From: Aquiluna sp.
GTDB taxonomy: Bacteria > Actinomycetota > Actinomycetes > Actinomycetales > Microbacteriaceae
Reading direction: 5' to 3'
NCBI GenBank assembly: GCA_021741585.1
Contig: JAIOXN010000001.1
Coordinates: 609,059 to 673,058 of the forward strand
DNA length: 64,000 nt
The notes below the pieces were generated by a model. That model had not been told where the DNA came from, made no database searches, and worked only from the letters and a program-made list of their open reading frames with translations. Every line of letters begins with the position of its first letter. Within the stretch, counting starts at the first letter, position 1. This document shows positions 50,383 to 61,491 of this stretch, one piece after another. A program made the translations under genes and the position numbers.

Positions 50383-52650
50383 CTAAAGCTTGGTAATTGG
50401 TGCCATTTTCACCAATAAGCGCTTGGTTGGTCCGGCATCAAATCTAATTTCGGCGGTTTGCTTCGGAGGTGAGCCGGCCACTGATACAACTAAGCCCTTG
50501 CCAAAGCTCTCGTGTTGGATCGCGTCTCCTACTGCCAATTCCAAGTCCTTGTTGTCGCGAATTGCGGCCGGGGTGTTGACAGCTCCTGCCCAACTGGTCT
50601 TTGGTGTTGGGCGATTGCTTTGGACAAGGGGCGCTCGTTCGGTTCCAACTTGCTCCACCAGTTCCGATGGAATATCAGACAGGAATGAAGAAGGGATGAA
50701 ACTTGCGGTGTTGCCAAAAAGGGTTCGCTGCAAAGCATGAGAAATAACTAGTTTCTGCCTAGCTCTTGTCATGCCGACATACATCAATCTGCGCTCTTCT
50801 TGCAGCCCGCCTGGTTCGTCAAAGCTTCTAACGTGAGGAAGGGTCCCCTGCTCCAGGCCAATCAAGAAAATCACTTGATATTCCAAACCCTTGGCGGTGT
50901 GAAGGGTCATCAAAGAAATAGAACCGGACTCATCTTCAATCTCATCGGCAGCGGCAGCCAGGGTGACCTCGGCAAGATAATCCGCAACCGAACCCTCTGG
51001 ATTTTGCGCTTGCCATTCAAAGAGTTGACCCAAAAGCGCATCCAGGTTGTCCACCCGAGCCTCATCTTGTGGGTCTTTGGAATTCTCCAACTCCGTGCGG
51101 TACCCGCTGCGTTCAAGGGTGAGCTTGAGAACATCTGCGGGACCATCGGTTGCGGTCATTGCCTCGAGCTCATTTAGGAGTTCGCCAAATCCCTGCACCG
51201 CGGCGGTGAGCTTCGGGCCAAGGCCTAACTCATTCGCATGCAGAAGCGCCTGTCGGAAAGTCATATCCGCTTGCCTTGCATGATGAGCAATCTTGAGTTC
51301 GGTTTTATCGCCGATACCTCGCGTTGGAATGTTCAAAACCCGGCGAACAGCCTCGTCATTTCTGCCATTTGAAATGGCTGAAAGATATGCGAGCGCATCT
51401 TTGATTTCCTTGCGCTCAAAGAACTTCAGGCCACCAATAACTGCATATGGGACCCGCTGGCTTTTTAGCTCGGCTTCCAAAGAAGGGGTTAGCGCATTTG
51501 TGCGATAGAGGACCGCCATGTCTCTGTAGTTGACGCCCTCTGAATGCATGGTTTGCATTTGATCAACGACAAAAGCCGCTTCGTTTCTCTCGTCGTAACC
51601 GGTGAAGACTGTGATCTTTTCCCCGGCCCCGGAATCGGTCCAGAGGTTTTTTGCTGGGCGATATGGGTTTTGAGAAATCACCGCGTTTGCCGCGGAAAGA
51701 ATGTTTTGAGTGGAGCGATAGTTTTGCTCCAACAGCACGGTTTCTGCCCCAGGAAAATCTCGCTCAAACTCGGTGATGTTGCGGATGTCTGCACCGCGGA
51801 ATGCATAGATTGACTGATCCGAATCACCAACAACTGTGAGTTCCGCTGGATGCATCAGCTCTCCGGTGCGGTCATCAAAATTCGCATACTCATCCGGCAA
51901 CGGCCTGGTTAGTTCTCGGATCAGGGCATACTGAGCATGGTTGGTGTCTTGATACTCATCAACCAAGATGTGCCTAAAGCGTTTTTGATACCTGGCCCTC
52001 ACCTCGGGGAAGGCCCTGAACAAACCAACCGTCTCGGCAATCAGATCGTCAAAGTCAAATGCGTTGTTTCTTCTAAGTGCAGCCTCATAGCCCTGGAAAA
52101 CCTCTGCAACGATGCGCTCTTTGGGGTTTGAGCGATCGGCATTTCTCGCGAAATCCTCGGCGTCTTTCAGCTCGTTTTTGGCATTTGAAATAATTGCGGC
52201 TGCTTGCTGCGGCTTCAGATCGGTGTCCTCGGCCCCTGCTTCTCGAAGCAATCTTTTGAGGAGCGCTCTGGTGTCCCCAGTGTCATAGACGCTGAAGTTG
52301 GCATCGTGTCCAAGGCGTTCGGCCTCGCGACGAAGAATCATTAGGCAAGCGGAGTGGAAGGTCTTAATCCACATACCCTGGGCTGATTGCCCAACCAGGC
52401 TCTCGACTCGCTCGCGCATCTCGCTGGCAGCCTTGTTTGTGAATGTGATGGCAAGAATCTGGGATGGCCAGAGTTCTTTTTTAGCCAAGAAATGTGCGAT
52501 GCGATGGGTCAAAACCCTGGTCTTGCCAGAGCCTGCACCTGCAACAATCAAAAGCGCGCGGCCGCGATAAACCACCGCTTTTTGCTGTTGTGGATTTAGG
52601 CCCTCTAGAAGGTCCTCGGACTCTGGTTGTTCAAAAAGATCTAACTGCAT
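50383..52650 (-). CDS. pcrA: ATP-dependent DNA helicase PcrA/UvrD.
   Basis: Walker A AGAGSGKT; DExx VDEYQDTN; helicase motifs III-VI. Confidence 0.9.
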   Translation of the reverse strand: MQLDLFEQPESEDLLEGLNPQQQKAVVYRGRALLIVAGAGSGKTRVLTHRIAHFLAKKELWPSQILAITFTNKAASEMRERVESLVGQSAQGMWIKTFHSACLMILRREAERLGHDANFSVYDTGDTRALLKRLLREAGAEDTDLKPQQAAAIISNAKNELKDAEDFARNADRSNPKERIVAEVFQGYEAALRRNNAFDFDDLIAETVGLFRAFPEVRARYQKRFRHILVDEYQDTNHAQYALIRELTRPLPDEYANFDDRTGELMHPAELTVVGDSDQSIYAFRGADIRNITEFERDFPGAETVLLEQNYRSTQNILSAANAVISQNPYRPAKNLWTDSGAGEKITVFTGYDERNEAAFVVDQMQTMHSEGVNYRDMAVLYRTNALTPSLEAELKSQRVPYAVIGGLKFFERKEIKDALAYLSAISNGRNDEAVRRVLNIPTRGIGDKTELKIAHHARQADMTFRQALLHANELGLGPKLTAAVQGFGELLNELEAMTATDGPADVLKLTLERSGYRTELENSKDPQDEARVDNLDALLGQLFEWQAQNPEGSVADYLAEVTLAAAADEIEDESGSISLMTLHTAKGLEYQVIFLIGLEQGTLPHVRSFDEPGGLQEERRLMYVGMTRARQKLVISHALQRTLFGNTASFIPSSFLSDIPSELVEQVGTERAPLVQSNRPTPKTSWAGAVNTPAAIRDNKDLELAVGDAIQHESFGKGLVVSVAGSPPKQTAEIRFDAGPTKRLLVKMAPITKL

Positions 52651-52662
52651 TGTTTGGGAAGC

Positions 52663-53508
52663 TTAGCTTTTGTCACCGACTACTTTGAGCAGAACATCGG
52701 GCTGGTCGGCAAACAATCCATCAATCCCTGAATCGATCAGCCTCTCGAACCAGGTTCCAACTTCACCCTCGGCAGTTTCTATCCTCGCGGTGTAGGCAAA
52801 AACCTTGAGACCTAAATCCTTTGCCATGCCAACAACATCACCTTGGAAGAGCATTGAGATAGCGACCGAGACTCCATCAAAATTCTCTGCAATTTCAGCC
52901 AAGAGCTCATGGTCCAACTGGGCTTTGCCTACCGGAAGCATGTCCGGTGCTGAGAGAAACACATATTTACAATCCGGCCCAATTACCCTTTTGAGTTCTC
53001 GCAAAATACCGAACTCAAAACACTCGAGGGTGATTTGGATGCCTCTTTGTTGCCAATTGGATTTTTGAAGCTCGCTTGCAACCTCGGCAACAATGTCAAG
53101 ACCAAGCTGCTGGAAATGCTTGCCATGCTTAACCTCAATGATCAGATGTTTACCGTCAAACTTTGGGTTTGCTAGAACCTGCGCCAAGGTCGGGATTTGG
53201 AACTTGCCACTGTAGGAAGCACTCTCCACCCGAGATTCTGGGTAGCGCTCATTGACTCGCAGTTGAGCAATGTCCTCAAGATTCAGGTCTTCAACCTTGG
53301 CCGAGAGAAAGTTCTTGTCGTCAATGTTGGTGGTGTGGGAAAGATCGTTATCGTGCAGAATCACGGCCTTGTGATCCTTGGTAATCACAACATCAAACTC
53401 GATGGCATCTGCACCTTGGGAAAATGCCAACTCAAATGACTCCATGGTGTTTTCGGGAAGGTAGCCACAGGCTCCGCGATGCCCAAAAACCAACATGTTT
53501 ACTCCCAC
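52663..53508 (-). CDS. Glycerophosphodiester phosphodiesterase.
   Basis: GDPD motifs [14 protein letters not shown] and EFDV. Confidence 0.75.
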   Translation of the reverse strand: MGVNMLVFGHRGACGYLPENTMESFELAFSQGADAIEFDVVITKDHKAVILHDNDLSHTTNIDDKNFLSAKVEDLNLEDIAQLRVNERYPESRVESASYSGKFQIPTLAQVLANPKFDGKHLIIEVKHGKHFQQLGLDIVAEVASELQKSNWQQRGIQITLECFEFGILRELKRVIGPDCKYVFLSAPDMLPVGKAQLDHELLAEIAENFDGVSVAISMLFQGDVVGMAKDLGLKVFAYTARIETAEGEVGTWFERLIDSGIDGLFADQPDVLLKVVGDKS

Positions 53509-55052
53509 TCGATAGTTCCCGGCGGCTTGGATGTGATATCCAAGACCACGCGGTTCACGCCACTCACCTCGTTGGTGATGCGGTTGGAAATCTTTGCCAG
53601 AAGGTCATAAGGCAAGCGGGACCAGTCTGCGGTCATGGCATCCTCGGAGGAAACCGGACGCAAGACGATCGGGTGGCCATAGCTTCTGCCATCTCCCTGT
53701 ACGCCGACCGAGCGAACATCGGCCAAAAGCACAACCGGGCACTGCCAGATTTCGGCATCCTTGCCGGCGGCGTGAAGTTCCTCGCGCACGATCAAATCTG
53801 CTTTTCTCAGAAGGTCCAGACGCTCTTTAGTCACCTCACCAACAATCCTGATGCCTAGACCTGGGCCTGGGAACGGTTGCCGCTGCACAATTTCTGAAGG
53901 CAATCCAAGCTCGGCACCAATGGCACGAACCTCGTCTTTGAAAAGCGCTCGAAGAGGCTCGACCAATTCGAACTGCAAGTCCTCAGGCAAACCACCAACG
54001 TTGTGGTGGCTCTTGATTCCGGCAGTTGCGCCACCACCAGATTCAACAACATCTGGATAGAGGGTTCCCTGAACCAAGAACTTAATAGGTCGGTTATCTG
54101 CCTTTGCTTCGGCAACCAAGTCTCTTTCCGCCGCCTCAAAGCTGCGGATGAATTCTCGTCCGATGATCTTACGTTTGGTCTCCGGGTCGGTTACACCGGC
54201 TAGCTCCCTGAGGAAGGTTTCTTCTGCGTTGACAGTGATCAAGCGGATGCCGGTTGCGGCAACATAGTCGCGCTCAACCTGCTCTGCTTCACCCTCGCGC
54301 AATAGGCCATGGTCAACAAATACTGCGGTTAGCTGGTCGCCAACGGCCTTGTGCACCAAGGCGGCTGCAACGGCTGAATCAACACCTCCAGAGAGGCCAC
54401 AAATAACCCTGGCATCACCAACTTGCGCTCGAATCTTCTCAACCTGCTCGGCTATCACGTTTCCAGAGTTCCAGTCCGGCTTCAATCCAGCGCCTTGGTA
54501 AAGGAAGTTCTTTAGAACCTCCTGGCCCATCTGAGAGTGCTTTACCTCGGGGTGCCACTGAACGCCAAAGATCCCCTTGGATTGATTTTCAAAGGCTGCA
54601 ACCGGGGTGGTTGCTGTTGATGCTAGAACATCGAAACCTTCGGGCGCTTCAACAACCTGGTCACCATGGCTCATCCAGCAGGTTTGCAAATCTGGCTGGT
54701 TTGCCAATAGCGTTCCGCCATTTGATACCACCAAATCGGTGGCACCATATTCCTTCTTGCCGGTTTGATCCACCTTGCCGCCAAGGTTCTTTGCCAAGAT
54801 CTGGAAGCCGTAACAAATACCCAGAACCGGAATTCCAAGTTCAAGAATTGCAGGATCTAGCTGGGGTGAACCCGCCTCATAAACAGAGGCTGGGCCACCG
54901 GAAAGGATGATTGCGCTTGGGTTGTGTGCCTGAATCTCTTTTGCGGTGATGTCGTGGTGGACGATCTCCGAGTAGACATTTGCTTCGCGAACTCTACGAG
55001 CAATCAGCTGAGCGTATTGGGCTCCAAAATCAACAACTAGAACCTTGCTCAT
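53499..55052 (-). CDS. guaA: GMP synthase (glutamine-hydrolysing).
   Basis: GATase ICYGFQ catalytic Cys; PP-loop SGGVDS; C-terminal dimerisation domain. Confidence 0.9.
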   Translation of the reverse strand: MSKVLVVDFGAQYAQLIARRVREANVYSEIVHHDITAKEIQAHNPSAIILSGGPASVYEAGSPQLDPAILELGIPVLGICYGFQILAKNLGGKVDQTGKKEYGATDLVVSNGGTLLANQPDLQTCWMSHGDQVVEAPEGFDVLASTATTPVAAFENQSKGIFGVQWHPEVKHSQMGQEVLKNFLYQGAGLKPDWNSGNVIAEQVEKIRAQVGDARVICGLSGGVDSAVAAALVHKAVGDQLTAVFVDHGLLREGEAEQVERDYVAATGIRLITVNAEETFLRELAGVTDPETKRKIIGREFIRSFEAAERDLVAEAKADNRPIKFLVQGTLYPDVVESGGGATAGIKSHHNVGGLPEDLQFELVEPLRALFKDEVRAIGAELGLPSEIVQRQPFPGPGLGIRIVGEVTKERLDLLRKADLIVREELHAAGKDAEIWQCPVVLLADVRSVGVQGDGRSYGHPIVLRPVSSEDAMTADWSRLPYDLLAKISNRITNEVSGVNRVVLDITSKPPGTIEWE

Positions 55053-55486
55053 TCTCCACGCTCAACTTTCTCAATTTCGGCTTTGGCTAATTTGGCGTAC
55101 CTGTGCTCGGTGTAGAAACTCAAAAGCGGGACAACGCCACCGGCTGCGATAAACAAGAACCTAGTGAAGGGCCACCGCATCAGAGTCCAGAGCCTAAAGT
55201 CTGCAAATAAATACAAAACATAGAGCCAGCCGTGGACAATCAGAATGATGACAGTGAGGTTGAAACCAACCTCCGGCAATCCAAGCCCATCGATCCCGTA
55301 TTGCTCAAATGTGATGAATCCGTTTGGGCCCAACAGCCATAAGTCATATCCCAAAAACGGCAAACGCCTGATGCCCCAGGTGACCATCAAAAGAATCAAA
55401 AAGGTTCCAGTGATGATTGATGAAGCTTTGTAGAGTTTTAGAACTCCACGAATCTGGGGTAATTGAGATTTGGCTGGGCCGGTCAT
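55049..55486 (-). CDS. DUF3817-family membrane protein.
   Basis: 145 aa, 3-4 TM helices. Conserved neighbour of guaA in Actinobacteria. Confidence 0.5.
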   Translation of the reverse strand: MTGPAKSQLPQIRGVLKLYKASSIITGTFLILLMVTWGIRRLPFLGYDLWLLGPNGFITFEQYGIDGLGLPEVGFNLTVIILIVHGWLYVLYLFADFRLWTLMRWPFTRFLFIAAGGVVPLLSFYTEHRYAKLAKAEIEKVERGE

Positions 55487-55500
55487 GCCTGAAGTTTACG

Positions 55501-57129
55501 CTAGCTCAGAGCCGCTAGAGCCTCAAGCACGTTTGCCTTGCATGCTTCGGCAGTTGTTGCAACAAGCGCCTTCTGAGCAACTAGCTTCGCTTCTTCCTGT
55601 GTCACAGAAGACAGCGCCGAGCGAACCGCACCGACCTGTGACCTGGAAGCCGAAACGGATTTGAAGCCAAGACCGGCAAGCACAACAGCGAAGGCTGGGT
55701 CCGAGGCGCTCTCGCCACAAACACCTGAAGAAATTCCTGCTTTGGCGCTATCCACAGCAATCTTCTCAAGCATTCTCACCAGAGCTGGCTGCCATGGGTT
55801 CAAAAGTGTTCCCAGGCCTGCGTTCATGCGGTCTGCCGCAAACAGGTACTGCGATAGATCGTTGGTTCCAACTGAAATGAAATCGAGCTTTCCAGCAAGG
55901 TCATTTAGCGCCATCGCAATTGAAGGAGTCTCAACCATGATGCCGACCTTGAACGAACCGGCTTGCTTTGCCAGATCAGCAAACTCAACAGCTTCTGAAA
56001 CGGTCGCGATCATTGGAGCCATAACCCAAACCTCGCGGCCAGTTTTCGCCCTTGCAACTTCTAAGGAAGCCAGCTGATCGACAATAAAGTCGCGGTGATT
56101 TTGAATCAACCTGAAGCCTCGGATTCCCAAGGCTGGATTTTCCTCTTCTGGCATGTCCAGGAATGGAACCGGCTTATCGCTTCCTGCATCGATGGTCCTG
56201 ACGACCACCGGACCCTCAGGTGCTGCTGCCAAGATCTCGGCATAGGCCTGCGCTTGTTTGTCTCTAGAAGGCTTTACCTTCTCTGACAAATAAAGCAATT
56301 CGGTGCGGAAGAGGCCAACACCGTTGGCAGCGGTGGTAGCCGCTGCAATCGAATCTTCCAGCGAACCAATGTTTGCCCTCACTGGCACAATCGGCTCTGT
56401 TGCCTTGGCAACAAAGGTGATTGCCTTGGTTGCCAAAGAGTCGTCACCGTTGATAATTACTCGGTCACCAACTGGGTCAACCAACACCAACTGACCATCG
56501 ATCAGATCGGCAGCCTTTGCGCAAGAAACCACAGCCGGAATCGAGCGAGAGCGGCAGATGATCGCGGTGTGAGAGGTTGGGCCACCAGCGATAGTCACAA
56601 CACCGACAACCGCATCTGTGAATTGAGCGGTATCCGCTGGGGAGAAATCCTCACCAACCAAAACGTATCTGCCGGTAGTTGGAAGCTCCAGCCCAAGTGA
56701 GACTCCAGCAATCTTTGCGGCGACGCGATTGGCTAGATCCTTCAAATCTGCAAATCGCTCTTCGAATGCAGGGTCCCCGGCAAGGAGTTCGCCGAACTCA
56801 TCGACCGCCATCACAAATGAGGTTGCCGCGTTCCAACCCGAATCGATGTTAGATTCTGCGGTTTCAAAAAGTTCTTCGTCTTCCAAAAGCATCTTTAGTG
56901 CTTCAAAAATCTCCGCACTGGTTTCGCCAACTTTTTCTGCAAGCTCGTCAAGGTATGCACTGACAAAATCCACAGCTTCGCGCAAAGTGGCTTTTTCACC
57001 TGCCTGGTCGCCATCGTGCTTGGCAGGTCCAGGGAGACTTGTGTGTGGCTTTACCCGGAAAACCTCTGCGGTGACCGCGTTTAGGCCAACGCCTAGGCCG
57101 GACAGGATTGTGGTTGGCAGCTGGCTCAA
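55501..57129 (-). CDS. ptsI: Phosphoenolpyruvate-protein phosphotransferase (PTS enzyme I).
   Basis: Phosphohistidine domain GGPTSHTAI; PEP-utilising TIM-barrel C-terminal domain. Confidence 0.9.
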   Translation of the reverse strand: MSQLPTTILSGLGVGLNAVTAEVFRVKPHTSLPGPAKHDGDQAGEKATLREAVDFVSAYLDELAEKVGETSAEIFEALKMLLEDEELFETAESNIDSGWNAATSFVMAVDEFGELLAGDPAFEERFADLKDLANRVAAKIAGVSLGLELPTTGRYVLVGEDFSPADTAQFTDAVVGVVTIAGGPTSHTAIICRSRSIPAVVSCAKAADLIDGQLVLVDPVGDRVIINGDDSLATKAITFVAKATEPIVPVRANIGSLEDSIAAATTAANGVGLFRTELLYLSEKVKPSRDKQAQAYAEILAAAPEGPVVVRTIDAGSDKPVPFLDMPEEENPALGIRGFRLIQNHRDFIVDQLASLEVARAKTGREVWVMAPMIATVSEAVEFADLAKQAGSFKVGIMVETPSIAMALNDLAGKLDFISVGTNDLSQYLFAADRMNAGLGTLLNPWQPALVRMLEKIAVDSAKAGISSGVCGESASDPAFAVVLAGLGFKSVSASRSQVGAVRSALSSVTQEEAKLVAQKALVATTAEACKANVLEALAALS

Positions 57130-57132
57130 AAC

Positions 57133-57402
57133 CTAGCCCTTTAGAAATTCTTGAATCTGAGCAATTAGCGACTGTGCCAAAGCTTCATCTTCGGTGTCAA
57201 TCTCGACGCTTAGCTCTTCACCAGTTTTGGCCTTGAGGGCCATCATGCGAAGAGGGGAGTTTGCCTTGACTAGCTCTTCGCCAGCCTTGCCCATGCGGAT
57301 TTCCAAACCGGACTCTTTTACCAATTTCACGATCTGGCCAGCAGGTCTTGCGTGCAGACCAATTGGATCTTCGATAGTGACGGTTGCGGTAACGGTGGCC
57401 AT
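57133..57402 (-). CDS. ptsH: Phosphocarrier protein HPr.
   Basis: 89 aa; active-site region GLHARPAG. Confidence 0.9.
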   Translation of the reverse strand: MATVTATVTIEDPIGLHARPAGQIVKLVKESGLEIRMGKAGEELVKANSPLRMMALKAKTGEELSVEIDTEDEALAQSLIAQIQEFLKG

Positions 57403-57452
57403 GGGAGTCTCCTTTTGGTAAAGCGGTGTCTAAATCTTAGTTTCGAGAAGTG

Positions 57453-58598
57453 CTAGTTTGCCATCTCTGGCAAGGCAAAAGCTTCATCATGGTGAGCCAC
57501 GACAGAGACAAGGGCTTCGAATAGCGAATGTCCCTGCTCAATCCCAGTCACCTCTGTCACAAACTCCGCTGCAGTTTTCTCAAGAAGCAATTTTTGCATC
57601 TGGGCAACCTCAGGGTCCGAGTCGGAAACAAACCTGAGCGCAGCACCAACTACCCCAAGCAAGCTAACGGGAATTCTGCCCAATTCTGAAAGGTATGCCG
57701 CGGGCCCGATCAATCTCTCGTGACGAGAGAGTTTTCTGAGCGGTTGACGCCCCACCCTCTCAACCGAATCATCGATTGCAGGATTAGCGAGTCGCGAAAG
57801 AGTCTTCTTCACATAAAGTGCGTGGTCCGCCTGATCGAATCCGTGCTTGTGAACAAGCGCCATTGAAGTCTCATCCAGAACGCGCTGGGTGTAAAGCAAA
57901 ACATCTGGGTCAGACAGCGCAATTGATATGGACGGGTGACCAGCAAGCTGCCCAAGATATGCGACCGTCAGGTGACCTGTGTTCACTGTGTAAAGCTTGC
58001 GCTCAATAAATGGCATCAGATCCGGAACAAACTTTGCCCCTGGAATATCGAGCTCCAGACCGGCCAGGTTGGAGTTGTCAATAACCCATTCGCAGAATGG
58101 CTCGACACTCACATTCGGCTCCGTGCCAGGTGTTTGCATCGGGACAATGCGGTCAACTGCGGTATTGGCGTAAACCACCTTGCTTGAATCCTGGACGTCG
58201 ATTGCGCCCTCGAGGATGTTGGTGGCATTAACGGCATTTTCGCAAGCCATCACGACAAGTGGTTTTTGAGCAGCTCTGGCCCGGATACCCTCTTGGATTG
58301 TGCTGGCAATTCTTGGAAGAATCCCGGCTCCGACTGATGCTGTCACCACATCGGCTGAAGCAATTGCTGTCACCAGCTCAGCTCTCTGATTAAGAGAGTG
58401 GAGGGTATTGAAATTTGAGTATGTCTTGGTATTTGCCGTTGAATCTAATTCCGTGAGTTGATACTCGCCAGAATTATTCAGTGCATCCAAGATTTCTTGG
58501 TTCACGTCTGCAAAGGTGACGTGAAAACCTGCGTCCTGAAGGACGGCACCAATAAACCCCCGGCCGATGTTCCCGGCTCCAAAGTGGACTGCCTTCAT
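57453..58598 (-). CDS. mtlD: Mannitol-1-phosphate 5-dehydrogenase.
   Basis: N-terminal MKAVHFGAGNIGRGFIG; 381 aa. Confidence 0.85.
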   Translation of the reverse strand: MKAVHFGAGNIGRGFIGAVLQDAGFHVTFADVNQEILDALNNSGEYQLTELDSTANTKTYSNFNTLHSLNQRAELVTAIASADVVTASVGAGILPRIASTIQEGIRARAAQKPLVVMACENAVNATNILEGAIDVQDSSKVVYANTAVDRIVPMQTPGTEPNVSVEPFCEWVIDNSNLAGLELDIPGAKFVPDLMPFIERKLYTVNTGHLTVAYLGQLAGHPSISIALSDPDVLLYTQRVLDETSMALVHKHGFDQADHALYVKKTLSRLANPAIDDSVERVGRQPLRKLSRHERLIGPAAYLSELGRIPVSLLGVVGAALRFVSDSDPEVAQMQKLLLEKTAAEFVTEVTGIEQGHSLFEALVSVVAHHDEAFALPEMAN

Positions 58599-58629
58599 TT
58601 CTATTTACCTGCCTTTTCGCAGTTTGTAG

Positions 58630-59064
58630 CTAGCTTGGATCTTGTTGCAAAAGCGCAAGCACCGCGGCGGCATCTCCGGTGCTGGTTAGAATCTCGAGGT
58701 TTGCCTCGTCTTGAATCAATTCAGCAAGGTTGCCGAGAATCTCAACGTGACCATCGCCCTTGGAAGCGATCCCCAGAACACACTTGACTTCCTCATCGCC
58801 CCACTGAATTGGATCCTGGAGCCTAAGGAAGACCAACTGGTCAAACACAACAAACTGCCTTGAAACATCGGTGCCGTGAGGAATTGCAAAACCAAGCCCA
58901 ATTGCGGAAGAAAAGATTTGCTCTCTCTCCCACATCGCTGCCGCATACTCGGGAGTGATTGCACCCAGTTCAATCAGCAACTGACCGCAGATGGCCACGG
59001 CCTCCTCGTTAGAGGAGGCCGCAGCATCTAGCTTGATTCCGGCCTGAGTAATCAGATTAGTCAT
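58630..59064 (-). CDS. PTS mannitol/fructose-family EIIA component.
   Basis: PTS_EIIA_2 fold with the conserved His in FAIPHG. The ORF-track start at 59109 overlaps EIIB; MTNLITQ at 59064 is more likely. Confidence 0.75.
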   Translation of the reverse strand: MTNLITQAGIKLDAAASSNEEAVAICGQLLIELGAITPEYAAAMWEREQIFSSAIGLGFAIPHGTDVSRQFVVFDQLVFLRLQDPIQWGDEEVKCVLGIASKGDGHVEILGNLAELIQDEANLEILTSTGDAAAVLALLQQDPS

Positions 59065-59371
59065 CGGAGATGTCTTGTCCTGCCTGCAAGGCACCAACCA
59101 ATTTTGCAATGGTTAGGTCTCCCAGGAACATATCGAACATGACCACTACCGAGTCAGGAACCGCCTGCTTAGCGCGGTTTCCTAGACTGCGGTGGCAGAG
59201 CACAAGATCGTGCTCGGTGCCGGCCAACTGATTTACAGGTGAGTGAGTCACAGTGATGCCCTGCGCTTTTAGCTGCTTAGCCAATTGCTTGGCAACCATC
59301 ACTGATGAGCCCATGCCCGCCTCACATGCAACAACAATGTTCTTGATTGAGGCTCCGGATACTTTTGCCAT
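59057..59371 (-). CDS. PTS mannitol-type EIIB component.
   Basis: Active-site Cys in VVACEAGMGSS. Confidence 0.8.
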   Translation of the reverse strand: MAKVSGASIKNIVVACEAGMGSSVMVAKQLAKQLKAQGITVTHSPVNQLAGTEHDLVLCHRSLGNRAKQAVPDSVVVMFDMFLGDLTIAKLVGALQAGQDISDD

Positions 59372-59373
59372 GA

Positions 59374-60486
59374 TTACTCGCTTGCGCCAGTCTTCATTGC
59401 CTTGGACTTAGCCTGAGCTTCTTCTAGGCTGCCTGAGTCATCCCTTGAAAGCTTCAATAGGAAGTAAGCAACTACGAAAGAAACTGCTGCAGCTAGGAAC
59501 ACACCAAGAAGAACACCGAAGTGGTTTCCCGGAGGGGTCATAGCCATCCAAGCGAAGATCGATCCTGGAGATGGGGTTGCTACTAGACCAACACCGGTTG
59601 CAAGGAATGTTGCAACACCGGTTGCTCCACCAGCAATCATCGCAAGGATGGTCTGTGGCTTTAGAAGTACGTATGGGAAGTAGATCTCGTGGATTCCACC
59701 AAGGAAGTGGATGATGATTGCACCAGGTGCAGATCCGCGAAGAAGCTTTGGACCAGCTAGCCAGAATGCAGCCAATAGACCTAGACCTGGACCTGGGTTG
59801 GTCTCAATCATGAACATGATTGACTTGCCCATCTCTTCTGCTTCAACAACACCAATTGGAGCAAGAACTCCGTGGTTGATTGCGTTGTTTAGGAACAGAA
59901 CCTTTGCAGGCTCAATCAGAATCGAGATCAGAGGTAGTAGACCTGCGTTTACTAGAGCCTGGATACCGGCACCTAGAACATCGCTGATCGCCTTCATGAC
60001 TGGACCAATACCTACGTATCCGATGATTGCGAATAGCAATCCGGAGATACCTAGTGAGAAGTTACCAATCAACATTTCGAACCCAGCTGGTGTGCGTGGG
60101 TCCAAAACAGCGTCAATCTTCTTCAATACCCATGCAGCTAGAGGACCAATAATCATGGCACCTAGGAACATTGGGATGTCGGTTCCAACAATCACACCAA
60201 CGGTTGCGATCGAAGCGATAACCGCTCCACGCTGACCGTGAACCATGCGACCACCGGTGTAACCAATAAGAATTGGCAACAAGTTGACAATCATTGGTCC
60301 AACCATTGATGAAAGCTGCTCGTTTGGTAGCCAGCCAGTTGGGATGAACAAAGCTGTTAGTAGACCCCATGCAATGAATGCACCAATGTTTGGGATCACC
60401 ATTCCAGCGAGGTTACCGCCGAGCTTCTGCATCGAAGCTCGCCACCCAGTGTGGGTACCGTCTCCGGCGGGGATAAAATTAGCCAT
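59374..60486 (-). CDS. mtlA: PTS mannitol-specific EIIC component.
   Basis: 370 aa polytopic; mannitol EIIC motifs (GIHEIYFPYVLL). Confidence 0.85.
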   Translation of the reverse strand: MANFIPAGDGTHTGWRASMQKLGGNLAGMVIPNIGAFIAWGLLTALFIPTGWLPNEQLSSMVGPMIVNLLPILIGYTGGRMVHGQRGAVIASIATVGVIVGTDIPMFLGAMIIGPLAAWVLKKIDAVLDPRTPAGFEMLIGNFSLGISGLLFAIIGYVGIGPVMKAISDVLGAGIQALVNAGLLPLISILIEPAKVLFLNNAINHGVLAPIGVVEAEEMGKSIMFMIETNPGPGLGLLAAFWLAGPKLLRGSAPGAIIIHFLGGIHEIYFPYVLLKPQTILAMIAGGATGVATFLATGVGLVATPSPGSIFAWMAMTPPGNHFGVLLGVFLAAAVSFVVAYFLLKLSRDDSGSLEEAQAKSKAMKTGASE

Positions 60487-60613
60487 GGGTACTGCCTTCC
60501 TATTTAGGGGTTGTATTCAGTTGAAGCGTCGGGGGGAAATGTGTTTTTGGAGGCCCAGTTCCCTTCCGGCGTCTTCTTTATCCTTCGATTCCGGCAATGA
60601 ACCGAAGAAACTT

Positions 60614-61372
60614 TTATGCGAGGGCAATTTCCACCCCTGCTCTTTGAAATGCGTCAATGTATTCCGCATCGCCATCCACGTCTGTTACCAGACGATCAAA
60701 ATCTTCAAAACTTGCAAATTTAGCTGGGTAAGCAGAACCGAATTTGCCGCTGTCAACCAGAAGCAGCTTCTCAACCGAGTTCTTCATCATGGTCTTTTTA
60801 ACCAAGGCTTCATCGGTGTCATAGGCAGTTATTCCACCGGCAAGTGAGATGCCATTTGCTCCGATGAAGCTGACAACAGCATTCATGTCTAGCAAGTCCG
60901 AAACAGTCTTAGCCCCGACCGCACTCAAGGTAGCCGGGCGAATCCTTCCGCCCAGAAGGTGAGTTGGAGTGGAGGAATCAGCAATGCGGGAAGCCAGCGT
61001 GACCGAGTTGGTTACCACCAAAAGCTTTGGCTTGTCCCTCAAGAATGGAGCAAGGCATTCAGTGGTAGTTCCGCCGTCAACAAAAACGGCACCTTCATCG
61101 GGCAAAAAGGTTGCGGCGGCGGCGGCCACCATCTTCTTGAGGTTTGGGTTGCGGTTATAGCGCTCTGGGATTGTGTACTCATGGGCGAATCGCTCGATTG
61201 CAATTGCACCACCGTGAACTCGGCGAACTACACCCCGTCTTTGAAGAACATCTAAATCTCGGCGAACAGTTTCAACAGCGACATCCAATTTATTTGCAGC
61301 TGAGTTGGCATCGAGGCGACCGTCTTCACGGGTCCACTCCACAAGCTTTAGCCTGCGTTCCTCTGCCAACAT
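60614..61372 (-). CDS. DeoR/GlpR-family transcriptional regulator (likely mtl operon repressor).
   Basis: N-terminal HTH (...ANSAANKLDVAVETVRRDLDVL...) and C-terminal DeoR sugar-phosphate sensor domain. Confidence 0.8.
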   Translation of the reverse strand: MLAEERRLKLVEWTREDGRLDANSAANKLDVAVETVRRDLDVLQRRGVVRRVHGGAIAIERFAHEYTIPERYNRNPNLKKMVAAAAATFLPDEGAVFVDGGTTTECLAPFLRDKPKLLVVTNSVTLASRIADSSTPTHLLGGRIRPATLSAVGAKTVSDLLDMNAVVSFIGANGISLAGGITAYDTDEALVKKTMMKNSVEKLLLVDSGKFGSAYPAKFASFEDFDRLVTDVDGDAEYIDAFQRAGVEIALA

Positions 61373-61491
61373 CTTTGTCGTCCTTTGTGGGTCTGAAACT
61401 GCCTGTTTCGCGTAATTAGAGAAAAATTAGCAGTCTTTTCACAGGAAAACTAACACAAACGGGCAAAAACTCACATTTGCAGGTAACGATT

